Below are positions 1-11,645 of a stretch of 64,000 bases of DNA, one piece after another. A program made the position numbers and the translations under genes. Source of the DNA: a virus (taxonomy: Duplodnaviria; Caudoviricetes); the IMG/VR virus record IMGVR_UViG_3300021387_000299, positions 113,820-177,819 of that record, one strand, 5' to 3'. How positions within the stretch are numbered: position 1 is the first letter of the stretch; every line of letters starts with the position of its first letter. The notes beneath the pieces are model-generated. The model did not search any database, had not been told where the DNA came from, and saw nothing but the letters and a program-made list of their open reading frames with translations.

Positions 1-522
1 TCGAATACTATTTAAAGATTTATCTAAATCTTGTGCATATCCATATGCGCCTTGCAAAGCACCCACAAATCCATGTAAAATACTACTTGATAATTGCCAT
101 CTTGCAGTATTTTTCAACGCAATTCACATGCTATCTAACAACTTGTTAGATTCTACCATAGGTTTTTGCGCAGTAACAATACTATTAGCTAAATTTAAAA
201 AAGCTTTTTGACCATCAGCACCCATCGCAGTCATATCTCTAGCTAATTTGCTTAAACTTAAATCAGAATTATTTAATTGTTGATTAAATTTAGATAAATC
301 TAAACGACCGGTATCCGCATTTAACGAATTATTTAAAGCTGTTTTAAGTTTTAAGACTGACTGTTGCGCATTAGAAATTTGTTGGTCAAATCCATTTGTA
401 GCACCATTTTTAATAGAACCACTCATTAAATTATCTAATGAATTTTGTAAATCTTGGATTTGCTTTTTCGCTTGCGTTGTATCTGCTTGAAACCCTAATT
501 TAACATTTATCTGTTTTGGCAT
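1..522 (-). CDS. Tape measure protein, N-terminal part (runs off window); TGA at 124-126 read as Trp
   Basis: Frame stays open past the TGA to base 1: LLDSM[W]IALKNTARWQLSSSILHGFVGALQGAYGYAQDLDKSLNSIR; helical Ala/Gln/Leu-rich sequence downstream of tail genes. Confidence 0.85.
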
Positions 523-631
523 GTTCTACTCCTTTCTCTCTTCCATAAAAAAAATACCCCATGAAGAAAATATCCTCATAGGGTATAAAATAACTATTCT
601 TCTTTATTCTTTTAAAAAGTAAATAGATTGA

Positions 632-1156
632 TTAACCAAGTTTGGTCACAACTTCATTTACAAGTTCAACACCTTTACTTTGATTAAGTTCGTTAACAAA
701 TTTTTGAACGTCTAAATCTAAATTCTTATAATCCTCATTTATAGCATCTAAAATTCCATATGCAGAATCTTGATATTTATAAAATTGTTCGATAGTTTCT
801 TTTAATAAAGTATATAGATATCCAATATCGCTTTCTGGAATCGCAGTAAATACAGCATGATAAAAACCAGAAGAGATAAAATCGTCATAAAGTTTTCCAG
901 CGTTTTCTTTCTGTTTATCAGTAATTGATAAATTAGTATAATATTCAATTACTTTTAAATGAAAATACATATCTACTTTTCCTGGATTATAAAAACGATT
1001 TTCATCCGCTGCTAAATTTAAAACTTCAGTAATCAAATCTAATTTCTTTTCAATAGATAAATAAGGTTTAACTTCAATTTCCTGTTCATTTCAAATTAAT
1101 GTTTTAACAGGATCTTTTGGAGTTAACTTTAATTTGTTCAATGTTGGTTTTGCCAT
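632..1156 (-). CDS. Putative tail assembly chaperone (TGA 1091-1093 = Trp)
   Basis: ATG at 1156 with AGGAG RBS; MAKPTLNKLKLTPKDPVKTLI[W]NEQEIEVKPYL joins ORF 632-1036 in frame; lies just before the tape measure gene. Confidence 0.65.
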
Positions 1157-1224
1157 ATGATATAATTCTCCTATTATGTTCTATTTTATTATACCAAAAA
1201 TTTTTTATTTATACAAACTTGTTT

Positions 1225-2763
1225 TTATTTTAACGCATTAGAAGAAATTGTTATTAATAGATTCATCGTTTTCATTTTATTAGTAAGTCTTGTAATTCGC
1301 CTTGCAGAAGACGCCCTATTTCTTTTAGATTCTGGAGCAACCCAATCATTTTCTGTTCAAATACCATCAGGATATTTGGAAAAGTTCATTAACTCTATAT
1401 TTCCAATTATTTTATCTAATAATTCAGATAAATAATAAACCTTGTATCCCTCATTAGTACTATTATCATTAACTATAAATAAATCAACTTTTTCACTATA
1501 TCCTTTATCTGTAAACACTCCACCAGAAATAGCTTTTACAAAAGCTGTGATTTTCATAGCTTCATGCATTTTATTTACATCATTCAAACTAAAATTTGTA
1601 TCAGTATGAGTTCCAACAATATTTAAAAAATGATTTATAAAATACGAGTAATCTTGAACTAAACCTAATAAATTTTTACCTTCTAATAATTTCAAGTGAT
1701 CAAACCCTGTACTTAAATTATAATTTTTTATAGAAGTATTTATATTTTCAAAACCTTTAAAATATAAAGTTGCATCTACTTTATCTTCAGTTAAGTTAAC
1801 GGTAAACTCATCTTGCTGCAATTGCTTAAGAGAAAGTCTGTTACCAGAATCATCAAACATTTTATCTTCATCTCTATATAAAGCATAATAACTCAATAAA
1901 GATCCTTTTACTCCTTTTCGACTTTTGTGTGGCTTATTTTTTGGATCATTTAAAAACTTTAAAAGTTGATTTTTAGAAACCCTTCCTTTATGATTTAAGA
2001 CATAATTACTTGCTTTTGCCACAACTTCACCAAATTCGCCCTGAGCCTTTCCCGCAGAGGTTAATTTAAGAGCCCTTATTAATTCACTTAATTCATCATC
2101 AAATCTTTGATATTTTTCATTTTTTCTAAGCCAACGACGCCATATTACTTTAGTATTTTTAGTCTTTTTTGTATATGCTGCAACATCATCTTTAAAGTTC
2201 GTATATTTTAAATCTAAATCTTCTAATTTTTTATAAAGATCTGCGGAAATTTTATCTTTTGCTATTTCTTTTCTAAATGCAACCAATGCCTTATATCTAT
2301 CTTCTATTGATTGAATAGAACGTTTATCTGCTATTTGATAATTACGAAATTTTTTTACCTTTTCTAAAAGCTCTTTTTCTTTTTCTGTTAAACTTGCTAC
2401 ATCCACACCAGAAGAAACTGATAACGTATTATTGTCTAAATATATATGACTACCGAACATATTTTCCATATATTCTGAAAGCGCTGCCCGCATTGTTTCA
2501 ACATCCTTTTCATTCAATTCACCCTTTTCTATATTTGTTTTTATTGCAGGATTAAAAAATAAATTTAACATTTTTTCAAGTTTTTCTTTATTTCCAGCCA
2601 AATCATTTTCAAATTTTTTCCTCGCCATTTCTTGTTTCATCATTGCTATTTGAGTATCGTATATTTCTTGCGGACGAGGAGGGGTTTCTTTTTTATATAA
2701 ATTAGTTGAATAATTAAGATAGTGTACTCTTGTTGCATGAATATAATCTCCAATACCCGCCAT
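1225..2763 (-). CDS. Hypothetical tail-region protein (TGA 1357-1359 = Trp)
   Basis: 468-aa ORF extends a further 44 codons to TAA at 1225 if TGA is read through. Confidence 0.65.
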
Positions 2764-2801
2764 ACTTTATCACCTCTTAAATAAACAAAAAAAGGGAAAG
2801 A

Positions 2802-2987
2802 CTATTCGTCTTCCCCTTCATTTTCTTCAACCATAATTTTTAAACCAGCTTCAGGCTTAATAATAGTAATTTTAGCTTTAGATAAATCTAAAACAGGTTC
2901 TTTATTTTCGCTCTGTTCTGGTTTGATAATCTTAATAGTAGCCGGTTTAGAGACTACTCTTTTTCTTTTACTAGAGCGAGAAAACAT
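2802..2987 (-). CDS. Small hypothetical protein
   Basis: AGGAGG RBS; internal repeat IKIIKPE/ITIIKPE. Confidence 0.6.
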   Translation of the reverse strand: MFSRSSKRKRVVSKPATIKIIKPEQSENKEPVLDLSKAKITIIKPEAGLKIMVEENEGEDE

Positions 2988-3001
2988 AATTTACCCTCCT
3001 A

Positions 3002-4126
3002 CTAGTCATCATGGTTATCAGATGACATGCTTACTAATTCATCTGAATATGTTTCACCATCATGCCATGTACGACCACGATGTAGGTCATTATTAGCATC
3101 AGAAGCTGTTGTAGCACTCTCAATAATCTGAATAACAGCAAATACTTTATGACTCTTATCGAATCTTGTGTAGTCTGGGAATGCATCCATTGTAAATGTA
3201 AATGTTGATGGATCACCAGTAGCAGCCATAGTAAATGTAAATGCTGACTGAATCTTACAGTTAGGAATGATAAATTCAGCTGGATGGTCTACACCATTTG
3301 TATCTCTCCAAAGTGTTGAACCTTCAAGATAATATGTACCAGCGAATTTTTCAGCATCAATTTCAATCTGTTTAGCGCCAGAACGAACTGGTGTATAGTA
3401 ATCAATTAAAACACCATTACCAATACCAGCATCAACAGCAAGATTTGTCTTACCATCATCACCTTTACCGACGCCAATTTCATACATATGATTCATATCA
3501 GTATCATGGCAATTTAATTCTTTTCCAAAATTACATTCATGACTTTCAACAACCATCTTATATGAACCATCTTCTTGAGGTTCAATTTTTGCATAAGTCT
3601 TTGAAGCTGCATCAAATGCAGAACCTGTCTGCTGATTAACAATATAAGGTTCAGAAATAACTTCACCATCTTTTGTGATCATAATGCAAGCGTAATTTTC
3701 ATTTTCAACTGCGCCATTAGCTGTTGGAACAGGTAAGAAAGGTTCTTTATCTACGAAAACAGTTAAAGTCTTTCCATCTTCACTAACAGTATATTCATCT
3801 GTTGTTTCAACAATATGCTGATAAATAGGCTTATCTTCAGAAGCTTCAATTAAACCAGCACCAGTTAAAACTGATAAACTTTCTGGAGAAATCAATGCAT
3901 CTTCCATAGTGAAAGTAACTGTACGTTCACCTTCCCACGCCATTAAACGAGCATTACCTTTACCACCCTGCGCATAAACAGTTGTAGAAGCACCCTCTAA
4001 TGTTGAAGTAGTCAGTGTGTCGAAATATAATACTGGTTCATTCTTATAGAAACGCTTGTTTCCCAAATTCATTGTACCCTTGGCTCTAAGTACAACGTCA
4101 ACTACGTCACGAACACCATATTTCAT
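3002..4126 (-). CDS. Major tail (tube) protein
   Basis: Strong RBS, biased codon use, tube-like motifs (GGKGNARLMAWEGERTVTFTMEDAL; FTFTMAATGDPSTFTFTMDAF), position in tail module; no in-frame TGA. Confidence 0.75.
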   Translation of the reverse strand: MKYGVRDVVDVVLRAKGTMNLGNKRFYKNEPVLYFDTLTTSTLEGASTTVYAQGGKGNARLMAWEGERTVTFTMEDALISPESLSVLTGAGLIEASEDKPIYQHIVETTDEYTVSEDGKTLTVFVDKEPFLPVPTANGAVENENYACIMITKDGEVISEPYIVNQQTGSAFDAASKTYAKIEPQEDGSYKMVVESHECNFGKELNCHDTDMNHMYEIGVGKGDDGKTNLAVDAGIGNGVLIDYYTPVRSGAKQIEIDAEKFAGTYYLEGSTLWRDTNGVDHPAEFIIPNCKIQSAFTFTMAATGDPSTFTFTMDAFPDYTRFDKSHKVFAVIQIIESATTASDANNDLHRGRTWHDGETYSDELVSMSSDNHDD

Positions 4127-4144
4127 GGGCTTTTTCCTCCTTCT

Positions 4145-4867
4145 TTAATCTTTATGGATATTTCTCATTCAATCTTCAGGCTTGCCATCAGCTTTTGCCC
4201 CAGCAAGTCTTGATCGAATATCAAGGTCTCAATTAGTATAAAGACCAAATCTTTCTAATGAATCTAATACTTGATATACAGTATAGTCCACTAAAGTTGT
4301 AATTGGTATTTTTAATCCAATAGATAAAGCTGATAAATATCGTGCATAAACACTTCCAATATCATCACCTTTTAATTTAGCAATTCGTTCTCTACCTTTT
4401 TTAATTTTTTCAGCAATTTTTCGAGCTTGCTCATTTACTGGATTAAAATCATCCTCTTTTTTCTTTAAACAAAAAACTTGCCGCAAGATAGTCTGGAAAT
4501 ATTCAAAATTTCCTTCATCTATTATAATGTTTGTGCCATTATAATTTAACAATAATGCCCTTGGAGTAAAGGTTATTTTTCCATTTGGTACAACTAAAGA
4601 TAAGGCTTCTTTTACTGCTTCTTTAGTTTCTTTAGCATCTTTCTCTGACATTATTGTCATAAATATTTGAAAATTTGAAGTATTAGATAAATCTGATCCG
4701 CCCTGCTCAAATTGTTCTTTATCTATACAAAATACTTGTATTCCTGTTAAAAATTGTTTTTCTCCAACCATTGATATTTCTTTAATTGTCGGTTGATGAA
4801 TAATTAATTGACATTCTGGAATGGGAATATCCACTCCAGTAAATAGTGCAAGATCAATATCTTTCAT
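4145..4867 (-). CDS. Tail-associated protein (TGA 4229-4231 and 4169-4171 = Trp)
   Basis: Read-through gives LYTN[W]DLDIRSRLAGAKADGKPED[W]MRNIHKD then TAA beside the next RBS. Confidence 0.75.
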
Positions 4868-5463
4868 TATTCTTTAAACTGCTTTTGTTTAAATAATTCA
4901 TTAAAATCATCAACCATCTTCTGCTGATCATCTGGATTAGGAGTATCTTTCTTATCCTCTCCACCATGAACTGCTTGATACATTAAAGTTAATCCTGCAA
5001 ATTCATCATTAAGAATAATCTGACTTGCGCCTAAAAAATGTAATTCTCCAATCCCTGTTAAATGCTCATTATCAAACATTGAATCAATTTCCGCAGCAAT
5101 ACGATATGGACGCAATTGGAAATCCTTTAACTGCCATTGATCGAAATGACATATAATATCAAAGGTAATAATATTATCTCTAAATTGTGGATTCGCACTT
5201 GGCGTAAAATTATCCATAGATATAATTACATAAGCCAACACACTTCCATCTACATAAATTTTTGGAATAATTTTTATTTGCTTTCCAATCATATTTGCAC
5301 GTTGTTCTTCAGTCAATGCTGGTCGATCCAACGCATCTCTATCCGTGTAATATAAAATTTTACATAAATTCTTATTCTTCATCATTCATTCAGTTATTAA
5401 AGCTAAATCTTTGTCGACCGACATAAATGATGAATGCGGAATCGTATATTTCTTAATTATCAT
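4867..5463 (-). CDS. Putative tail terminator/completion protein (TGA 5386-5388 = Trp)
   Basis: ATG 5463 with GGAG RBS, in frame with ORF 4867-5385; synteny. Confidence 0.65.
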
Positions 5464-5481
5464 AATACTCCATTTTCTCCT

Positions 5482-6474
5482 TTAAAATAAAGATTCTGCA
5501 ACAATAGTTTTTTCAGCATCGCCGCATTTTAATACAAACTGACCATGATAACTTGATTGTCAGCTAATAACACATTTACGACCGTCTGCTTTCATTTGAA
5601 CAGGAACTTTCTTTCCTATAATCTTCCATTGTGCAAGATCTTTTCCTCTATAGTAATAAGTATATTCAATTCTTGGTTTAATAAAAGTATCTCCTTTAAT
5701 TAAATCATCGAGTGTAGAATCTGCGTTTGGATCAATCGGATCCATTACAAGACCATCTACCAAATAATTATTAACGTCATCTTTAGTCTCATTTGCATAA
5801 TATTCTACAGCTACAACTTGTAAAATTCCAGGCATACTAATACTATCAGTTGCTTCAACTCTTCAGCAAATATTCTTATCAGCCTCATCAATACCCTTTA
5901 AATAAAACTTTGCATAACGTCTAAAATATTTTAATGCTTCGGGTGTTTTAGTCATAAGAATATCTAAAGAGTGATTCGGTTCATCTACACTTATACCATT
6001 CTTTTGAATAAAATTAATCTTAGTTTCTACTGGACCTCTTACCGCAAGATATTGGGTAAACTTCTCTTTATCTTCATTTAACCAAGATACAGTATAATTA
6101 CAACGTCTAATTTCTGCTCTAAAATAAGCAAGTTCAGTTAAATCTTGTAAATAAATTATTCATTTAGTTCCAGTATTTAATCAATCAAAAATGTCTCCCG
6201 GTTTATAGCGATACTCATATCCAACAGAGAGAACTTTATCATCATAATTTTGTTTTGTCTTATCCGGATTAATTAACGCTGGTGCTTGTTCTTGATCTAC
6301 CGCATCAGTATGTTTAATTTTTGCCGCTTGATAAGAGTATTTTGTTGCATGATCTAATGTTCATCTTTTATCGCGAATCATTCGATCTTGTTGCGGTTTT
6401 CCGCCATGCCAATTTATTCTATTTGCCATTAAATTTATTCCAGAAAATTGAGATCTATCAGTACTATATGGCAT
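5482..6474 (-). CDS. Putative head-closure/neck protein with five TGA=Trp codons (6361, 6181, 6160, 5863, 5560)
   Basis: One 331-codon frame fills a gap in the ORF track; contexts IFD[W]LNTGTK[W]IIYLQDLTE and IC[W]RVEATDSISMPG. Confidence 0.8.
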
Positions 6475-6769
6475 TTAACGTCCCCCTTAATAAAGAAATT
6501 GATTCAAATACTGTCTTTCTATAAATACTAAATTCCAAATCTTCAGATACTCGCAAACCTTCAAGTTTACTTAGTAAAATTAAGAATTCATCATTTGAAG
6601 CAAATATCTCTGATAATCCCCTAATTTCAATAAGGACAGTATTTAATTGTTCCAATCAATTTTCTCCATTTTCTCTCATTGGAATTAATTTTCAAAGTTG
6701 ATTTGTCAATCTATTTATATCAGATTCAAAACTAGACCTTGAAATATTAATGCCTAACTTCGTAGTCAC
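6464..6769 (-). CDS. Hypothetical head-tail region protein (TGA 6692 and 6656 = Trp)
   Basis: GTG start at 6769; NRLTNQL[W]KLIPMRENGEN[W]LEQLNTV. Confidence 0.7.
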
Positions 6770-7343
6770 CAAAGATTCCATTTCTTAGCACATCCCAATT
6801 TGACTCAATATAGCCATCGCTATTTATTCGTCTACGCTTATAAAGGCGTTGCATATGGAATGATTGTCTCTGACATTCTGCTAATAAATTTAATAATTTG
6901 GCAAGATGATTGGCTTGGGAGGTCATTTTAAAATCAGACCCACTATATTTCATGCGGGTATTTTCAATAGATGTAACTTGGCGTTGAAGCCATCCGCACA
7001 TCATTAATAATGCAAGAATATTAATCTCTTCACTCGTTAAATCTACATTAAAATGCGAGCGTTCAATATATACATCAGGAATTCCCTCATCTTCCTCTTC
7101 ATCTGGAGTGTTTCAAACAACTCCAATAACAAAATCCCCTTCTTCAACCTTATCTTCTCGAACAATAAGAGTTTCAATAGAAAAGTCGTCTAAAATTTTA
7201 CGAGGGAATTCAAATCCAGGAATTGCATCAATTAAAAGGGACCTTAAGTCCCTCATTGTGTCTTCTGGAGTTAACTCCATGTACATATCATCTGTGATTT
7301 TACCAAGAAAGCGATTATATATATCTGTGAACTGAGTTCCCAT
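6747..7343 (-). CDS. Putative head-tail adaptor (TGA 7113-7115 = Trp)
   Basis: ORFs 7113-7352 and 6747-7004 are one frame separated by a single TGA. Confidence 0.7.
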
Positions 7344-7367
7344 AATATACACTCCTTTCTTATTTAA

Positions 7368-7973
7368 TTATTTCTTAATAATCTTAGGTTTATTTGCGGC
7401 GACTGCTTCTGCTGCAACCCCTCCAGCTGATCTACGTGTAGTTGTCTGAACTCTACGAGTCTTTGGAGCCTCTGCCGCAGGTGCTTCACCGTCATCATTA
7501 GCTCTATTTTCTCTATCATGAGCAATTGCTGCATCAACATCAAATCCTGTCATTTCCTTAAGAGCCTGTCTCTTAGAAAAATCATTTAAAGGAATCTGGA
7601 CGCTTAAATCTTTAATCATATCTTTAACACCATCTGGCGCAAAATCAAGAGCATCCTTAAATTCGTTTAAAGTACCCTCTCTAATAAGCTTAGCGACATT
7701 ATCAGCATTCATATAATACTCAGGTTCTCTATGAATATTTAAATCATCTAAAACCTGTTCGTCTTTAACCAAGAGGTGGTTTCTGATTAAGTCAAGTCCG
7801 CCAGCTGTATATGATAAAGCTTCAATTTCCTCTTTTGGAACTCTGATAGCCTGTCTAGGAGCTAATTCTCTGCGAATATGTCTATCGGGAATTTGATAAA
7901 CAATTTTTCCAGCTGTTCTATTTTCAACTGTTACTAAATCTGCCATATTGTAATAATCTCCTTTTTCTCTCAC
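7368..7973 (-). CDS. Virion-module protein of unknown function (start probably MADLVTV)
   Basis: Long ORF, GGAG RBS, between capsid and neck genes. Confidence 0.7.
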   Translation of the reverse strand: MREKGDYYNMADLVTVENRTAGKIVYQIPDRHIRRELAPRQAIRVPKEEIEALSYTAGGLDLIRNHLLVKDEQVLDDLNIHREPEYYMNADNVAKLIREGTLNEFKDALDFAPDGVKDMIKDLSVQIPLNDFSKRQALKEMTGFDVDAAIAHDRENRANDDGEAPAAEAPKTRRVQTTTRRSAGGVAAEAVAANKPKIIKK

Positions 7974-8030
7974 TTAATGAAAATAAGGGGAGAGGGGATT
8001 TACCCCTACTCCCCTTTAACTCTTAAATAT

Positions 8031-8441
8031 TTAGTTTTCTTTAAATGTTACTGTTAATGTAACACTTTCGCCCTTAGCACCAATTGTAATTGTTGCTGGT
8101 GTTGTGGCAATTGTTTCTGCCTTAGTCCAGAATACAATATGTCCTGCTCCAAGGCCTAATCCAGCTGCTTCCTCTACGTCAGCATCTGTTAATTCAGCAC
8201 CATTCCATGTAGCACCAACGATTGTCTCAAGACCTGTATTAATATCTAATCCAATCCACTTATGCTCTCCTTGAGCCGCATTAGAAGATGGGAATGTAAC
8301 TAAGTCTTCAAGTTTACCTTTGATGACAATGGAAGTACCACTTTGTTCAACCTCAACGGCCCCATTATTGACTACCATGCTATCATAGCTGGCGTCCCAT
8401 GATGGAAGAGTGGCCAACTTACTAACCGTTGTTGTTACTAC
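8031..8441 (-). CDS. Ig-like/decoration domain, probably fused to the major capsid protein by -1 frameshift
   Basis: No ATG or SD; frame is open back to the capsid stop (CAG GGG TAG) in the -1 frame; beta-rich, ends VTLTVTF. Confidence 0.6.
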   Translation of the reverse strand, partial: VVTTTVSKLATLPSWDASYDSMVVNNGAVEVEQSGTSIVIKGKLEDLVTFPSSNAAQGEHKWIGLDINTGLETIVGATWNGAELTDADVEEAAGLGLGAGHIVFWTKAETIATTPATITIGAKGESVTLTVTFKEN

Positions 8442-9589
8442 CCCTGCTGGCCGTTACCGCCTTGATTGTCGCCTGCACCTTCGCTACCGCTTTGGAAATC
8501 AGATGCATTGTCAACAACGACAACGTTCTTAACTGTATCAGCAAGCTGGAATGAACCTTCCTTAGATAATGAAGTATCCTTATAAACGCACATTGCATTG
8601 TTCATCATGCAAACTACGCCGACCTTCTTATATACCTGGATCTCACGGCTCCAGTCACGATTAGCTCTTTCGTCAACAAGTGTATCGCCTTCGAAAGCAA
8701 CCTTAACTGGCTTCATATCTGTGCCTGATGGGATAATCCAGCAGAATGAAGGATCAATAACCTTTTCCTTACCTTCAATAATGTCCTTATAAGCGTTAGG
8801 AAGAATGACAACATTCTTATCTCTATATCCGCTTAAACGACCTGTTCTGTAAAGTTCATCCTTCATAGCTTCTGTGTATCTCCAAGCTTCTTGAGGAATC
8901 ATCTTAACAGCAAATTCGTTAGTGCAGTAAATTGTTACATTACCATATGATTCAGCAAGGCGAACAAGTTCGTCAAATGAAGCTGCATCAAATCCGTTTG
9001 TAACAACGCGGTTCATTGCAGGAAGCTGGTTAATAGCACCTTCAAGAGCCTTACCAATTTCTTCGTAAACAAGGTCATCCATACCTTCCATTACGATATT
9101 TGTAAGTTCAGCAAAGTCAGCACGACCATCAAGGAATTCCTCAAATCCGATCTGTGCAGCTCCGCCAATTGCACTTGTTGGAACTTCGAAGCTTTCAGAA
9201 CTCTTAGCAAGCTTGAAGACTTCATAGTTACCTGCAAGTCCAACTCTTGTAATGAACTGCTTAGCACGATTAGTGCCATCAATCTTTCTACGGAACATAG
9301 GTCTGTCGCCCTGCGCAAATGTCTTTACTTCTGCGAACTGACCATAGTTCTGAACGACTCTCTTAGGAAGAACATCATTCAATGTTTCTTCAATAATAGA
9401 GAATACTAAATTCTTATTTTCACGATATAACTGGTATGTTCCAGCAATCTCTCTGAACTCATTACGAAGTGTTTCGTTAAGTTCATTATAGCTGAAATCC
9501 TGTCCATTATAGCTATACGCCTTAGGAGCTTTAGGATCAGCTTTAGCTACAGTCTTAGCTAATGCAATAAAATTCTTCTTATCTAACAT
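8438..9589 (-). CDS. Major capsid protein
   Basis: 383 aa, strong codon bias, downstream of protease/scaffold; no in-frame TGA. Confidence 0.85.
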   Translation of the reverse strand: MLDKKNFIALAKTVAKADPKAPKAYSYNGQDFSYNELNETLRNEFREIAGTYQLYRENKNLVFSIIEETLNDVLPKRVVQNYGQFAEVKTFAQGDRPMFRRKIDGTNRAKQFITRVGLAGNYEVFKLAKSSESFEVPTSAIGGAAQIGFEEFLDGRADFAELTNIVMEGMDDLVYEEIGKALEGAINQLPAMNRVVTNGFDAASFDELVRLAESYGNVTIYCTNEFAVKMIPQEAWRYTEAMKDELYRTGRLSGYRDKNVVILPNAYKDIIEGKEKVIDPSFCWIIPSGTDMKPVKVAFEGDTLVDERANRDWSREIQVYKKVGVVCMMNNAMCVYKDTSLSKEGSFQLADTVKNVVVVDNASDFQSGSEGAGDNQGGNGQQG

Positions 9590-9608
9590 TTCCTTACTCC
9601 TTTCTTAA

Positions 9609-10334
9609 TTATTTAACGCGCATAACTTTTACGCCAGGCTGCATATCAGGCATTGTGTAAACCTTAACAACCTGCATTGTTGGGTGAAGAGCGTCTGCGC
9701 CTTCGCCCGGTGCAAGATAACCATCAGCGCCAGGTGTAAGCATATCGCCAACCTTTAGGCTACCTGGTTCAGCAGCAATTGTATTTGTTGTCCAAATATC
9801 GCCAATATTAATCTTGAAAAGACGAGGAACCATTCTTGTTCCCTGTGGCATTAACTTATGCTTCTTGTAGTTTTCAACTACATGGAATGGATCATCTGTA
9901 GAATCTACTTCATAAGGAGAAGCTGGCTTTGTAACACGTTCAACATTGTCATTGCCATCTCCATCTTTAGCTCCGTAGAAACGAGCCTGCCATTCTGTTA
10001 AAGGCTGTGTTCCATCAATTGGACTATAAACACGAGCAACATAATCTTCTTTCTTCATAGCAAAATCGCAGTCCTGTTCCCAGTCACGATAAAGCTTGAT
10101 TTCATTAAAGACCATCATCCATTCGCCTTTGCCTTCAAAGTCTACTGCTCCGCCATCATCAGCTGCATAGTTATATGTAGCAAACTGTCCATTCTCAAGA
10201 ATGTCAATATCTGCTGCTGCAGGTAACTGAGCATAGATCTGAGCAGTCTTCTGGGCAGATAGATGGTTTGGTTCAACCTGACCATAACCACGAGCGACAT
10301 ATGTGGCCTTTTCACTTAATCTTTCTCTAGCCAT
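9609..10334 (-). CDS. Capsid-associated (decoration/cement-like) protein
   Basis: Between scaffold and major capsid; strong RBS; all four Trp are TGG. Confidence 0.65.
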   Translation of the reverse strand: MARERLSEKATYVARGYGQVEPNHLSAQKTAQIYAQLPAAADIDILENGQFATYNYAADDGGAVDFEGKGEWMMVFNEIKLYRDWEQDCDFAMKKEDYVARVYSPIDGTQPLTEWQARFYGAKDGDGNDNVERVTKPASPYEVDSTDDPFHVVENYKKHKLMPQGTRMVPRLFKINIGDIWTTNTIAAEPGSLKVGDMLTPGADGYLAPGEGADALHPTMQVVKVYTMPDMQPGVKVMRVK

Positions 10335-10351
10335 TTACTGTCTTCCTCCTA

Positions 10352-11632
10352 TTATTCCATCTCTCTTTTCGTAGCCATAGCAGCTTTGATCCAAGCCGGT
10401 ATCATATCATCTTCAATTCCCTGTTCATCTAAACTGAAAACTGTGTTACCATTTTGCTCTTCATCTTTTTCTTCATCAAGATCAAAACTAACCTTGTTAC
10501 GAACACAAATTACAGAAAGCTTCGCTTCGATATCATCAATACTGTAGTTGTCAATATTCTTAACTACATCCTGCTTATCTTCATCAGATAGCATGTAGAA
10601 ACTATCAATCATTGCCTGCTTTTCTTTACGATCGGCCGCATTCTTAAATTCTACAAGTTTATCATAATCAGCTTTCATATTGTTGAACTTAGTTTCTAAC
10701 TCTTCATAGTCAGCCTTTAGTTCTATATATTCTTGAATATCATCAAGATTATATTTAACGCTTTCGTCCTCAGAATTTTCTTCAGGTTGCTCGTCTTCCT
10801 GAACTTCTTCTTCGGTTTCAGCAGGAGCTTCTTCTGCTTCTTCTTCTGGAGTTTCTTCAACTTCAGGTTCTGCAGGAGCTTCTTCTTCTGGTTTTTCTTC
10901 TTCGTTATCTAAAACTTCTTCTTCCATTTCTGGTGTCTTTACTTCTTCCACAGAATCTGTCCCTCCTTTTATTTCCATCTCTTTAACTTCTTTCATCATA
11001 GATAAAATCTTTTCCTGGAAAGAAGGTTCAAATGAGAATTGCACTCTGGTGATTTGCGCACCCTCGAAGCAAGGTTCAACATCCTCACCAAGAATACAAA
11101 GTTTAGAGATTATTGCTTCATTTATAATGAAAAAGCTCAAATTTTCATTATCATTTTCTGACCAAAAACCTTTTAAAGTAGATTCATCTAATTCCATAGA
11201 TTGATTATTACCCTTGGTAATAACTCTTTGAGTTTCTGGATATTGGCCTGTTCATAAATATCCTTCTGTCATCAAATATTCATGTTCAACGCCATCATCA
11301 GAAAATTTTTGAAACCACACCTTTGGATTTAAATCAACAAATCCATAAGGCTGTGTAGTATCTTTAAAGAACCAATCTCCATTGCGAATATCAATGCTTT
11401 GATTATGTGCCTCAAAGTCCTCAGTGTTTTCGTTATAATATCCCACAATTGGACAGCCCGGTAAAGTTTTTGCCATATCTGTGGCAACAGCTTTAGTAAT
11501 AACGCTACCATTACGATTAGGGCTATCTCCTACATAACATACCTTAATTTGGCATTTTGAAATAAGAGGATTTAATGTTGGTGTAACATTGATAAGCTCA
11601 ATAGGAGAATCTACTGCTATACTATTATGCAT
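10352..11632 (-). CDS. Prohead protease/scaffold (TGA 11252-11254 = Trp)
   Basis: Fused frame EYLMTEGYL[W]TGQYPE..NNQSMEL..LCILGEDVEPCFEGA, then acidic coiled-coil scaffold. Confidence 0.85.
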
Positions 11633-11645
11633 TATCTAACTCCTC

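Noticed and set aside
632-1156. Tail-chaperone G/GT slippery frameshift
   Set aside because: No convincing slippery site with an open downstream frame before the tape-measure start.
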